This document shows positions 19,869-27,045 of a stretch of DNA of 64,000 nt, piece by piece (the first letter of the stretch is position 1; every line of letters begins with the position of its first letter). The translations under genes and the position numbers were made by a program. The stretch is taken from IMG/VR virus record IMGVR_UViG_3300037483_001818; one strand, given 5' to 3'. Origin of the DNA: a virus. Its lineage: Duplodnaviria; Heunggongvirae; Uroviricota; Caudoviricetes. Under the pieces are notes generated by a model that worked only from the letters and a program-made list of their open reading frames with translations, had not been told where the DNA came from and did not search any database.

Positions 19869-19873
19869 CTTCT

Positions 19874-19946
19874 GCGAACGTGGTGTATTGGTCGCATGCA
19901 GGTCTTCCAAACCTTGCGGTGATGGGTTCGAGTCCCTCCGTTCGCT
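19874..19946 (+). tRNA. tRNA-Gly (TCC)-like, weak T-stem (possible pseudo-tRNA)
   Basis: perfect acceptor GCGAACG/CGTTCGC, loop CTTCCAA, T-loop TTCGAGT but only 3 bp of T-stem. Confidence 0.4.
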
Positions 19947-19950
19947 CGAT

Positions 19951-20023
19951 GCGCGCGTAGCTTAGTGGCGAAAGCATTTGCCTGACGTGCAGAGGATCGC
20001 GAGTTCGAGTCTCGCCGCGCGTA
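19951..20023 (+). tRNA. tRNA-Val (GAC)
   Basis: acceptor GCGCGCG/CGCGCGT, D-arm GCTTAGTGGCGAAAGC, T-arm GCGAGTTCGAGTCTCGC. Confidence 0.55.
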
Positions 20024-20028
20024 CTGTT

Positions 20029-20101
20029 GTCGTGTTCGTCTAGCGGCCTAGGACACTGGTCCCTCAAACCGGTTACGCGAGTTCGATTCTCGCACACGAC
20101 G
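20029..20101 (+). tRNA. tRNA-Glu (CTC)
   Basis: D-arm TCGTCTAGCGGCCTAGGACA is near-identical to canonical bacterial tRNA-Glu; loop CCCTCAA (C33). Confidence 0.6.
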
Positions 20102-20117
20102 CTGAAGAAGTTTTTCT

Positions 20118-20193
20118 GCCCCTGTAGCTCAGCAGATCAGAGCACTCGGCTACGAACCGAGGTTAGTCGGAGGTGCAATTCCTTCCAGGGGTA
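20118..20193 (+). tRNA. tRNA-Arg (ACG), T-loop TGCAATT
   Basis: ACTCGGCTACGAACCGAG anticodon arm as in bacterial Arg-ACG; acceptor GCCCCTG/CAGGGGT. Confidence 0.65.
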
Positions 20194-20195
20194 CT

Positions 20196-20262
20196 AGGCG
20201 CACGTGCACGTGGGCAGCTCGCGTTGGTGTCCCACCACCTTCGCGAGGACTGGTGCACGCCG
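20196..20262 (+). ncRNA. long imperfect hairpin (structured RNA candidate)
   Basis: GCGCACGTGCAC...GTGCACGCCGCGC outer stem enclosing CTCGCG/CGCGAG and GGTG/CACC inner pairings. Confidence 0.25.
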
Positions 20263-20361
20263 CGCTTCATTTTGCTTCGACGGCTCGCTGCTTGTTGCAA
20301 GGCGAGTGATGGTGATGCCGCTCGCTGGCAAACCTCGGGGTGCACTCTCCGAAGTTAGGTC

Positions 20362-20451
20362 AGGCCGTCGAGGGAGTTTCTAGGTCGCGCGAGCTGGGCT
20401 CGGCTTGGAGTCCAAATCCAATGCGGCAGGGTTCAATTCCCTGGCGGCCTG
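20362..20451 (+). ncRNA. atypical 90-nt tRNA-like RNA: good acceptor and T-arm, no canonical D/anticodon arms
   Basis: AGGCCGT/GCGGCCT acceptor pairing, T-arm CAGGGTTCAATTCCCTG; the interior folds into CGAGC-TGG-GCTCG and TTGGA-GTCCAAA-TCCAA hairpins instead. Confidence 0.35.
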
Positions 20452-20532
20452 CGGCTTGTGGGGTCTTGGCCTCGCGGCAACGTGAGGAGGGAGCCAAAGA
20501 GAACTAGGTGAGAGTCCTGGGGACCCGATCTT

Positions 20533-20605
20533 GGCGCGCAGATCACCTGGCGGTGATGTCGGTCTCATATGCCGAATGCGGAGGGTTCAATTCCCTCGCG
20601 CGCTA
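20533..20605 (+). tRNA. tRNA-Met elongator or Ile2-type (CAT)
   Basis: acceptor GGCGCGC/GCGCGCT, loop CTCATAT, T-arm GAGGGTTCAATTCCCTC. Confidence 0.6.
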
Positions 20606-20650
20606 CCTACTAATTTAGGAGTAACTAGTAGTTCGTTAGTAGTTCGTTCA

Positions 20651-20722
20651 CGGGGTGTAGCGAAGTGGTATCGCGCTGCGTTCGGGACGCAGAGACCGCT
20701 GGTTCGATCCCAGTCACCCCGA
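20651..20722 (+). tRNA. tRNA-Pro (CGG)
   Basis: acceptor CGGGGTG/CACCCCG, D-arm GCGAAGTGGTATCGC, loop TTCGGGA. Confidence 0.65.
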
Positions 20723-20757
20723 CGATTGGATGCTGGATATGGGCGTGGTGGCGGCAC

Positions 20758-20849
20758 GGATGCGGGTTCGATCCCCGTCGGGTCCACGACGGGCCCGTGG
20801 CTGGTGCCTACGGAGATATCCACCAGGGGTTCGACTCCCCTCGCGTCCA
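20758..20849 (+). ncRNA. composite tRNA-like element with two T-arm modules
   Basis: GGATGCG pairs with CGCGTCC 85 nt downstream; contains GCGGGTTCGATCCCCGT and AGGGGTTCGACTCCCCT; no clean D/anticodon arms. Confidence 0.3.
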
Positions 20850-20855
20850 CGACAC

Positions 20856-20928
20856 GGAGGACAGTTCACCTAGGGGTGATGGCGGTCCTACAAACCGCTC
20901 GCGGTCGGTGCAATCCCGACGTTCTCTA
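20856..20928 (+). tRNA. tRNA-Val (TAC), T-loop TGCAATC
   Basis: acceptor GGAGGAC/GTTCTCT, anticodon arm GCGGTCCTACAAACCGC. Confidence 0.5.
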
Positions 20929-20935
20929 CGATGAC

Positions 20936-21006
20936 GTCTCGTTAGCACAGCGGTAGTGCAGTCGCTTGATAAGCGGCCGACGAAGGTTCGACCCCTTCAC
21001 GAGACA
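20936..21006 (+). tRNA. tRNA-Ile (GAT)
   Basis: acceptor GTCTCGT/ACGAGAC, D-arm GCACAGCGGTAGTGC, loop TTGATAA. Confidence 0.65.
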
Positions 21007-21015
21007 CGACGGCCT

Positions 21016-21086
21016 GGGCCTCTAGTTCAATGGAGAACGTCTGCCTTATCAGCGGAATGTTGAGGGTGCAAATCCTTCGGGGCCTA
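21016..21086 (+). tRNA. tRNA-Ile (TAT), rare anticodon; T-loop TGCAAAT
   Basis: acceptor GGGCCTC/GGGGCCT, D-arm GTTCAATGGAGAAC, loop CTTATCA. Confidence 0.45.
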
Positions 21087-21094
21087 CGATTCGT

Positions 21095-21168
21095 GGTGTG
21101 CGTAGTCATCTGGTGAAGACGCTGGGTTGTGGTCCCAGTTCAGGCGAGTTCGATCCTCGTCGCACACC
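21095..21168 (+). tRNA. tRNA-His (GTG) with encoded G-1
   Basis: G-1 plus GTGTGCG/CGCACAC with C73, loop TTGTGGT, T-arm GCGAGTTCGATCCTCGT. Confidence 0.65.
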
Positions 21169-21174
21169 CTGTCT

Positions 21175-21249
21175 CGAGCAGTAGCTTAGCCTGGCTAAAG
21201 CGTTGGTCTGGGGGACCAAAGATCGCAGGTTCAAATCCTGTCTGCTCGA
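21175..21249 (+). tRNA. tRNA-Pro (GGG)
   Basis: acceptor CGAGCAG/CTGCTCG, loop CTGGGGG, T-arm GCAGGTTCAAATCCTGT. Confidence 0.55.
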
Positions 21250-21326
21250 CGAAAGGAGAATGCGGCTGATCTACTGTCAGATCTGTCGCCAAGGAGCGTC
21301 TAGTCTACCGAAGGAGAACGAACGTC

Positions 21327-21863
21327 ATGGAGCCGACACATCAAACGCTTGTCCTTAGTCAGGGCTATGAGCCCGTTAAGATCGTTTCGTGGCAGCGCGC
21401 GATCACGATGCTCTTCCTCCACAAGGTCGAAGTGATCGAGGAGTACGATCGCAACATCAAGACGACGTCGTTCGTCGCCAAGATCCCCGCGGTCGTGCGG
21501 CTGCTCAAAGCGTTCCGTCGGTACAAGAAGCCGGTGAAGTTCTCCCGGATCAACATCTACGGCCGCGACAAGTACACCTGCCAGTATTGTGGCGTGAAGA
21601 AGTCGATCCACGATCTGACGTATGACCACATCGTGCCTCGATCGCGAGGCGGCAAGACGACGTGGACGAACATCGCAACGTGCTGCCAAGGCTGCAACGG
21701 CAGGAAGGCGAACCGTACGCCCGAGCAGGCCGGCATGCGTTTGCTCCAGGTGCCCGAGCAGCCAATCTCGTCGCCGGTGCTCGTCGTGACCGTGAGCCGC
21801 CAGTCTGCACCCGACGCGTGGCGCGACTACCTGTACTGGACCGGCGAGCTGGACCAGGACTGA
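21327..21863 (+). CDS. HNH endonuclease
   Basis: YTCQYCG...LTYDHIVPRSRGGKTTWTNIATCCQGCNGRK HNH motif. Confidence 0.8.
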   Translation: MEPTHQTLVLSQGYEPVKIVSWQRAITMLFLHKVEVIEEYDRNIKTTSFVAKIPAVVRLLKAFRRYKKPVKFSRINIYGRDKYTCQYCGVKKSIHDLTYDHIVPRSRGGKTTWTNIATCCQGCNGRKANRTPEQAGMRLLQVPEQPISSPVLVVTVSRQSAPDAWRDYLYWTGELDQD

Positions 21864-21888
21864 TCAAGCGAGCGACGTGCTCGCATCT

Positions 21889-21962
21889 GGGAACGTGGGA
21901 GAGATGGAGTCTCCGCCGGCCTGTCACGCCGGAGGTCGCGGGTTCAAGTCCCGTCGTTCCCG
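21889..21962 (+). tRNA. tRNA-Asp (GTC)
   Basis: acceptor GGGAACG/CGTTCCC with G73, loop CTGTCAC, T-arm GCGGGTTCAAGTCCCGT. Confidence 0.65.
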
Positions 21963-22067
21963 CCGATAGCGTGGTCGATCACCGCGCGTCGATGACTCAT
22001 CCTCGCAAGGGGCTCCTTTTTGGGATGCCGCGCACGTCGAGCGCTCGGCGACGCGGCTGGGTCTTCT

Positions 22068-22138
22068 GGGTCCATCGTTCAAAGGGAGAACGCGGCGTTC
22101 GCAATGCCGAAATGCGAGTTCGAGTCTCGCTGGATCCA
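22068..22138 (+). tRNA. tRNA-Ala (CGC) with G3:U70
   Basis: acceptor GGGTCCA/TGGATCC (G3:U70), loop TTCGCAA. Confidence 0.6.
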
Positions 22139-22157
22139 CGTTACGTAGTCCTACGAA

Positions 22158-22229
22158 GGGGCTGTCTGTCCAACGGTAAGACGCGCGTCTGGCTGACGCG
22201 AGATGACGGTTCGATTCCGTTCAGCTCCA
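22158..22229 (+). tRNA. tRNA-Ala (GGC) with G3:U70
   Basis: acceptor GGGGCTG/CAGCTCC (G3:U70), loop CTGGCTG, T-arm GACGGTTCGATTCCGTT. Confidence 0.6.
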
Positions 22230-22263
22230 CGATCGCTGCTCCGCCGTGCGGTGCCTACACGCA

Positions 22264-22334
22264 ACCATGATGCCTCAAGGTGAGGCGTCGGCCTATGGAG
22301 CCGAAGCAGTCAGGTTCAATTCCTGATCATCCCG
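22264..22334 (+). ncRNA. degenerate tRNA-like element (4-bp acceptor, anticodon loop CTATGGA)
   Basis: T-arm TCAGGTTCAATTCCTGA and anticodon stem TCGGC/GCCGA present; 5' acceptor only partly complementary. Confidence 0.3.
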
Positions 22335-22373
22335 CAAGGGATCGTGCACCGTGCACTCGAGCAGCGAACACTT

Positions 22374-22625
22374 TCAGTGGCCATGGCAAGGGCCACGGCA
22401 GACCATGCATTCTTCCTCGAAGCTGTCGTCGAGGGTGTCTGCGCCAGGATGCGGATGGATCACTTCCTCTTCGAGGACGTCTCCAACCAAGGCATCGTTG
22501 GTGGTGGTAGCGCAGCGTGGACACAAGAGCATCGATTCAGCGTGCCGCCACGCCTGGGGGAACTGATCGATGGCGGTGATCTCCTGCGTCTTGCCACAGC
22601 GAGCGCACACAACGAATGTCGCCAT
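22374..22625 (-). CDS. small zinc-ribbon-like protein
   Basis: CARCGKT...CPRC and CMVCRGPCHGH cysteine pairs; sits between tRNAs. Confidence 0.3.
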   Translation of the reverse strand: MATFVVCARCGKTQEITAIDQFPQAWRHAESMLLCPRCATTTNDALVGDVLEEEVIHPHPGADTLDDSFEEECMVCRGPCHGH

Positions 22626-22644
22626 GCTTCTACGCTACGTTACC

Positions 22645-22666
22645 GTCGGTATCACCGACAGTTTTT
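22645..22666 (+). terminator. rho-independent terminator-like hairpin plus T5
   Basis: CCGTCGG-TATCA-CCGAC followed by AG TTTTT. Confidence 0.45.
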
Positions 22667-22673
22667 GGCTCTC

Positions 22674-22746
22674 GGGCAGGCATGTTCCAAGGGGGCGAGC
22701 GGGATTTGCAATCCTGCTGCGGCCGGTTCAATCCCGGTCCTGTCCA
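22674..22746 (+). tRNA. tRNA-Ala (TGC) with G3:U70, irregular D-arm
   Basis: acceptor GGGCAGG/CCTGTCC, anticodon arm CGGGATTTGCAATCCTG, T-arm GCCGGTTCAATCCCGGT. Confidence 0.5.
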
Positions 22747-22954
22747 CGCGTCATGCTTACGCCGGCACCTCGCGATGTCTCCCGGCTCTACTCGGGATCG
22801 ATTGCGGCGCGCCGACGAGCACAGCCTCGATGTCGGCTCTATGAGTTACGTCCGGGGCAACTCAAGCGGGCCGTCCGCGGGACTGTCTCCCCCGCTTTGC
22901 TAGCCGTTCGCTTGTGCCCGAGGATATCAGACCCAGCTCCGCGCTGTGTTTCTC
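22747..22954 (+). ncRNA. ~200-nt structured spacer between tRNAs (candidate ncRNA)
   Basis: hairpins TCCCG-GCTCTACT-CGGGA and GCGGG-ACTGTCTC-CCCGC then TTTGC; no credible ORF. Confidence 0.25.
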
Positions 22955-23025
22955 GCCGCTATCGTCAAACAGTAAGACGCTGCTTTGGTAGGGCAGAAAT
23001 CCGGGTGCGATTCCCGGTGGCGGCT
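22955..23025 (+). tRNA. tRNA-Thr (GGT), T-loop TGCGATT
   Basis: acceptor GCCGCTA/TGGCGGC, anticodon arm CTGCTTTGGTAGGGCAG. Confidence 0.55.
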
Positions 23026-23033
23026 CGAATCGA

Positions 23034-23104
23034 TCAGGGATCGTCTAACGGTAGGACACGAGATTTTGGATCTCGGCATGAAGGTTCGATTCCTTCTCCC
23101 TGAA
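23034..23104 (+). tRNA. tRNA-Gln (TTG)
   Basis: U1:A72 acceptor TCAGGGA/TCCCTGA, D-arm GTCTAACGGTAGGAC, loop TTTTGGA. Confidence 0.6.
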
Positions 23105-23108
23105 CCAT

Positions 23109-23180
23109 GCATGGGTCGCCAAGAGGCTAGGCACTTCTCTGCAAAAGAAGCACACGCGGGTTCGACTCCCGTCCCATGCT
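23109..23180 (+). tRNA. tRNA-Cys (GCA)
   Basis: acceptor GCATGGG/CCCATGC with U73, loop CTGCAAA, T-arm GCGGGTTCGACTCCCGT. Confidence 0.65.
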
Positions 23181-23184
23181 CCGC

Positions 23185-23259
23185 GCTCCTGACGCCCCAT
23201 TGGAAGGGGTCTCTGTTTTCTAAACAGATCCGTTGCAGGTTCGAGCCCTGTCAGGAGCA
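23185..23259 (+). tRNA. tRNA-Arg (TCT)
   Basis: acceptor GCTCCTG/CAGGAGC, anticodon arm TCTGTTTTCTAAACAGA. Confidence 0.6.
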
Positions 23260-23268
23260 CGAGATCTT

Positions 23269-23341
23269 GGTCCCGTAGCCTAGTGGACGAGGCACGCGTT
23301 TCCTAAACGCGCTCACGCAGGTTCGAGTCCTGCCGGGATCA
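23269..23341 (+). tRNA. tRNA-Arg (CCT)
   Basis: acceptor GGTCCCG/CGGGATC, anticodon arm CGCGTTTCCTAAACGCG, T-arm GCAGGTTCGAGTCCTGC. Confidence 0.6.
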
Positions 23342-23366
23342 CGCACGTCATCATCGTCGACTTCAC

Positions 23367-23434
23367 GCCTCCGTACGTGGACGTGACCCGAGTTTCCGAA
23401 GCTTGGTGGGCTGGTTCAAATCCAGCCGGAGGCA
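23367..23434 (+). tRNA. 68-nt tRNA-like (anticodon CCG, Arg) with truncated D-arm
   Basis: acceptor GCCTCCG/CGGAGGC, T-arm GCTGGTTCAAATCCAGC, anticodon arm CGAGTTTCCGAAGCTTG; only 13 nt where D-arm should be. Confidence 0.4.
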
Positions 23435-23440
23435 CCATAC

Positions 23441-23512
23441 GTCGGTGTCGTTCAATGGTCAGGACCACGGCCTTTCACGCCGTAGATACGAGTTCGATTC
23501 TCGTCGCCGATA
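23441..23512 (+). tRNA. tRNA-Glu (TTC)
   Basis: acceptor GTCGGTG/CGCCGAT, loop CTTTCAC identical to bacterial tRNA-Glu, T-arm ACGAGTTCGATTCTCGT. Confidence 0.65.
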
Positions 23513-23533
23513 CGATCTTCACGCACGTGCCAG

Positions 23534-23713
23534 CTACACGCGTTTCATTTTCTGCGCTGTGTGCAGCGCGACGCTCAACATCCACGAGCTAAGGCCGAGA
23601 CCCGCATTCTTCGCGGTCTCAGCCAATGCTTTTTTCTGCGCTTCTGTGACGCGGATGAGGATTCCTTTGTTCTTGCGTCCGGCCTTGCTGCGTTTCGGTT
23701 TCTTCGCCGGCAT
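23534..23713 (-). CDS. small RHH-like DNA-binding protein (59 aa, absent from ORF track)
   Basis: translation MPAKKPKRSKAGRKNKGILIRVTEAQKKALAETAKNAGLGLSSWMLSVALHTAQKMKRV; divergent from rsr. Confidence 0.35.
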   Translation of the reverse strand: MPAKKPKRSKAGRKNKGILIRVTEAQKKALAETAKNAGLGLSSWMLSVALHTAQKMKRV

Positions 23714-23868
23714 GTCGTGATAGCGCTTGTATAGCGTTAAGCGCGCGCTGTCAATCTGACGCCCCGCGCGCGCAGGATTGACTCCGCTTGCGAATGGATA
23801 TACAAACGCTAGCGTTGAATGACAGGGCGCGAACGCGCCGTTGTTTGTTTTGCTAGACGAGGTGCGCG
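23714..23868 (+). promoter_or_regulatory. divergent intergenic region with perfect palindromes (operator candidates) upstream of rsr
   Basis: AGCGCGCGCT (10-bp palindrome) and AACGCTAGCGTT (12-bp palindrome); GAGGTG SD 6 nt before rsr ATG. Confidence 0.3.
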
Positions 23869-25788
23869 ATGACGACAGCAGAGAAGTTGGGACCTGCGGA
23901 GAAGATTCTCCAGACGCTCCTGAATCACACGGACCACATGGTCCACAACCGTCCCGGCATGGTGTCGCCGGATGCTCGTCACACGATCGGTGTGCGCTGG
24001 GTGTTCGTCACGCACAAGGAAGAGAACGGCCAGAAGGTCGTCTACGAGCTGACGAAGGTCGGCAAGAAGACGAACGAGATCCGCAGGGGCGTGATGCGCG
24101 CCGACGGCAAGGTCGAGGAGAACGGCAAGATCGTCGGCGAGTACCGCTCGCCTGGGCTGTTTCCCGAGGTCGCCGCCTGGATGTATCGCCAGGTCGCTGA
24201 GGTGTGGAAGATGGACAACGAGTTCGCGGCGCGCTGGGCGTCGTACGCGTTTGGCCAGGAGCACCGTGACCTCAAGGTCGTGCTCGCGGCCTTCATGCTC
24301 GTGCAGACGCGCAAGGGCGATCCCGTGCTCGACGGGGGCAAAGTCGCGTTCTACGACGACGACTTCCGCGACATCGGCGAAGCCATGATGCTTATCCACC
24401 GTCGGGACGGAAAGGATCTGAGCCCGAAGCTCCTGGTCCGCGTCCACGACCTTCTGAAGGTGCCGGGCGTCGCGGCCATCAACCGCGAGCTGGGCTTTGG
24501 TAACTCGGCGCGTCGCCCGTTCCTTGGCCGTTGGTCGAAGGCGGTCGAGAAGTGGCTCCAGTTTCGCGAGGAGAACCCCAGGATGCTCGACGGCCTCATC
24601 AAGGCCGGCTTCAAGAGTACCGTGAAGGATCTCGCGCGTACGGTCGGCTACAAGCCTCAGACCCCGAAGTTCTTCGAGGCCCTCGGCTGGGCACAGGATC
24701 AGGCCAAGGACGGCCGGCGCTCGATCCTCATCGGCGTCGATCTGGCCAAGGCCGAGACCTGGAACGATCTGACCGAGGCGCAGATCTGCGAGAAGATCGT
24801 CACCGAGAAGCCGGGCTGGAAGCGCATCGTCGGTCTCTTGCCGAAGAAGCTCGGGGTCACGCGCGCCATCATGAGCGCAGCCGTCGAGTCGAACGCGCTG
24901 TCCAACAAGGACCTCATCATTCTCACGCCCACGCTGGAGGAGCTGGGGCTCCTGGAGGTCAAGGAGGTCAAGGCGAAGTGGGAGCGCGCCCTCAAGAAGG
25001 CCGAGGACGACATGCGCGCGGGCAACATCGCGCGCAACGTGAAGTCCAAGGACGTGCAGGAGCAGCTCCAGGGAGCGGCCGACACGGCGCTCCAGAAGAC
25101 GATGGAGGTGGCGACGCGCAACATGCGTATCTACGTCCTCATCGACATCTCCAGCTCGATGCAAGGTGCCATCGAGAGGGCGAAGACGCTGCTCGAGAAG
25201 TTCCTCCAGGGCTTCCCGCTCGATCGCACACACATCGCGACGTTCAACACGGTGGGGCGCGTGATCGAGATCAAGCACGCTTCGGCGGCTGGCGTGGCCC
25301 AGGCATTCAAGGGTTTCACTGCCAGCGGGGGCACGACGCACGGTGCAGGTGTGATGGCTCTTGCCCCGTTCCCGCCGAAGGAGGACGAAGACACGCTCTT
25401 CATCATCGTTGGCGACGGCGGCGAGAACTTGTCGTTCCACACCTACGTCGAGCAGTCCAAGCTGCGTCCGATGGCCTTCGGCTTCCTGATGCTGCCTGGT
25501 CAGAACTACGGCGCACCGGAGAAGACGGCGGCACAGCTCGGCATTCCGTGCTTCAAGATCGAGCAGAACACGTTCGACGACGTCTACGCGATCCCGCGGA
25601 CCATCCGCGCGCTCGTGGCGGCGACGCCGGTCGGTGCCGTGGCGCGTGCGGCGGCGACGCCGCGTGTGACGCTCGTCGAGACGATCCTCAAGACGGATCT
25701 GCTCAAGAAGCCTGCATGGGCGGCGACGGTCCGTGCGATCGCCGCAGCGGACGCAGCACCCGCGGCGACGGCCGCGGCGACGGCCTAG
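23869..25788 (+). CDS. rsr: Ro60 ortholog (Rsr): TROVE domain plus C-terminal vWA with MIDAS
   Basis: 639 aa; vWA MIDAS motif VLIDISSSM; N-terminal two-thirds is Ro60/TROVE-like; Ala-rich C-terminal tail. Confidence 0.75.
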   Translation: MTTAEKLGPAEKILQTLLNHTDHMVHNRPGMVSPDARHTIGVRWVFVTHKEENGQKVVYELTKVGKKTNEIRRGVMRADGKVEENGKIVGEYRSPGLFPEVAAWMYRQVAEVWKMDNEFAARWASYAFGQEHRDLKVVLAAFMLVQTRKGDPVLDGGKVAFYDDDFRDIGEAMMLIHRRDGKDLSPKLLVRVHDLLKVPGVAAINRELGFGNSARRPFLGRWSKAVEKWLQFREENPRMLDGLIKAGFKSTVKDLARTVGYKPQTPKFFEALGWAQDQAKDGRRSILIGVDLAKAETWNDLTEAQICEKIVTEKPGWKRIVGLLPKKLGVTRAIMSAAVESNALSNKDLIILTPTLEELGLLEVKEVKAKWERALKKAEDDMRAGNIARNVKSKDVQEQLQGAADTALQKTMEVATRNMRIYVLIDISSSMQGAIERAKTLLEKFLQGFPLDRTHIATFNTVGRVIEIKHASAAGVAQAFKGFTASGGTTHGAGVMALAPFPPKEDEDTLFIIVGDGGENLSFHTYVEQSKLRPMAFGFLMLPGQNYGAPEKTAAQLGIPCFKIEQNTFDDVYAIPRTIRALVAATPVGAVARAAATPRVTLVETILKTDLLKKPAWAATVRAIAAADAAPAATAAATA

Positions 25789-25795
25789 CTTCGTT

Positions 25796-26734
25796 ATGGG
25801 GTGGCGCGATTTACTCCAGACGGGCGACGAGAAGGTGACCCTTCCGTGGCTTGGCGGCAGGACGCTCTACTCCACTGCGCAGCGCTGGTCGATCGAAGGG
25901 CGCCTCCCGAAGGACTACGGGTGGCACACGTTCAAGATCGCCAACCGGGAAGCTCACGCACAAGGGCCAGCTGATCCGCAACCGGATCTGCTTCAGCATT
26001 CCGTGCGCGGTTACCTGGTTGGCGATCGCATCGTCGCGGATGACGTCCGTGTCGATCCAGATCCCAAGGGCATCGTGAATTTCTCCGAGACGGTGTTCCT
26101 GCTCGACGAGGGCATCGATCGGTTCGCGCGTGTGCGCGCGGGGCGCATCAACAAGGAGGGCCCGCTGGTCTACCAGGGCCTCGAGATGCCGCTCGGCCAG
26201 GAGGACGCCGTGCTCGAAGCTTTCCTCGAACAGAAGACGTCGGTCGCGGACATCAAGAACGTACCGCCGGGGCTCGATGCGGCATTCCGCATGGAGAGCT
26301 GGCAGCGCGCCGAGGCCGAGCGTCGCCGCATCGAGCTGGAGCGCATCCGTTGTGAAGAGGAGGAGAAGCGTCAGAAGGAGGAGCGTCGCCAGGCGCTCGT
26401 GAAGAAGCTCGGGGACGGTGAAGGCCGTCGCGAGATGGCGCTCCACGACTTCGACGCTGCGGCACGCGCAGCACTCGCGGTGGGCGGCGCGGTCTTCCTC
26501 GACGCGAAGTCTGTGCGCAAGAACGAATGGGCGGTCCGCTACCGTATCGGTAACGACCGCCAGCGGTTCGAGTGCGTGTGCAACGAGCGCCTTCGCATCG
26601 TCGACGCGGGCATCTGTCTCGTCAATCACGCCACCGACGAGAGGGGCGACACTTTCTTCACGCTCGAATCACTCCCAGCCGTCGTGCAGCAGGCGCAGCG
26701 CGAGCGACGGCTGGTCATCTTTCGTCACGTGTAA
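25796..26734 (+). CDS. hypothetical protein (coiled-coil centre) immediately downstream of rsr
   Basis: ATG 25796 in frame of track ORF 25733-26734. Confidence 0.5.
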   Translation: MGWRDLLQTGDEKVTLPWLGGRTLYSTAQRWSIEGRLPKDYGWHTFKIANREAHAQGPADPQPDLLQHSVRGYLVGDRIVADDVRVDPDPKGIVNFSETVFLLDEGIDRFARVRAGRINKEGPLVYQGLEMPLGQEDAVLEAFLEQKTSVADIKNVPPGLDAAFRMESWQRAEAERRRIELERIRCEEEEKRQKEERRQALVKKLGDGEGRREMALHDFDAAARAALAVGGAVFLDAKSVRKNEWAVRYRIGNDRQRFECVCNERLRIVDAGICLVNHATDERGDTFFTLESLPAVVQQAQRERRLVIFRHV

Positions 26735-27033
26735 GAACCACCGGAGGAGTCATGAGCAAACCAAAGTACAAGGTCGGCGACAGCGTTACCATCGACATCG
26801 GCTGGGAGCGTGTCGTGCCTCGCAAGGTGCTCATCTCTGAGGTGCGCGCTGATCACGGCAGACAGGGGGCGCACCGCTATTTTGGAAGTGGTGACGGTGG
26901 CGAGCACGGCTTCTACGAAGATCAGATTCTGGTCGAAGGGCGTGATCGAGTTTCACGCGCGGACTGGGAGGCGCCTCTGTGAAGAGGCCGAGCATCGTGC
27001 AGCGCGAGCGAAGGCTGGTCATCTTCCGTCACG
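26698..27033 (+). repeat. 36-bp direct repeat pair flanking a 76-aa ORF
   Basis: gcgcgagcgacggctggtcatctttcgtcacgtgtaa (26698-26734) vs gcgcgagcgaaggctggtcatcttccgtcacgtgtga (26996-27033). Confidence 0.6.
26752..26982 (+). CDS. hypothetical small protein
   Basis: GGAGGAG RBS; MSKPKYKVGDSVTIDIGWERV. Confidence 0.45.
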   Translation: MSKPKYKVGDSVTIDIGWERVVPRKVLISEVRADHGRQGAHRYFGSGDGGEHGFYEDQILVEGRDRVSRADWEAPL

Positions 27034-27045
27034 TGTGAGCTCACC

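Noticed and set aside
23714-23868. Y RNA directly upstream of rsr
   Set aside because: The region has palindromes but no long terminal stem or tRNA-like module; better explained as an operator/promoter region.
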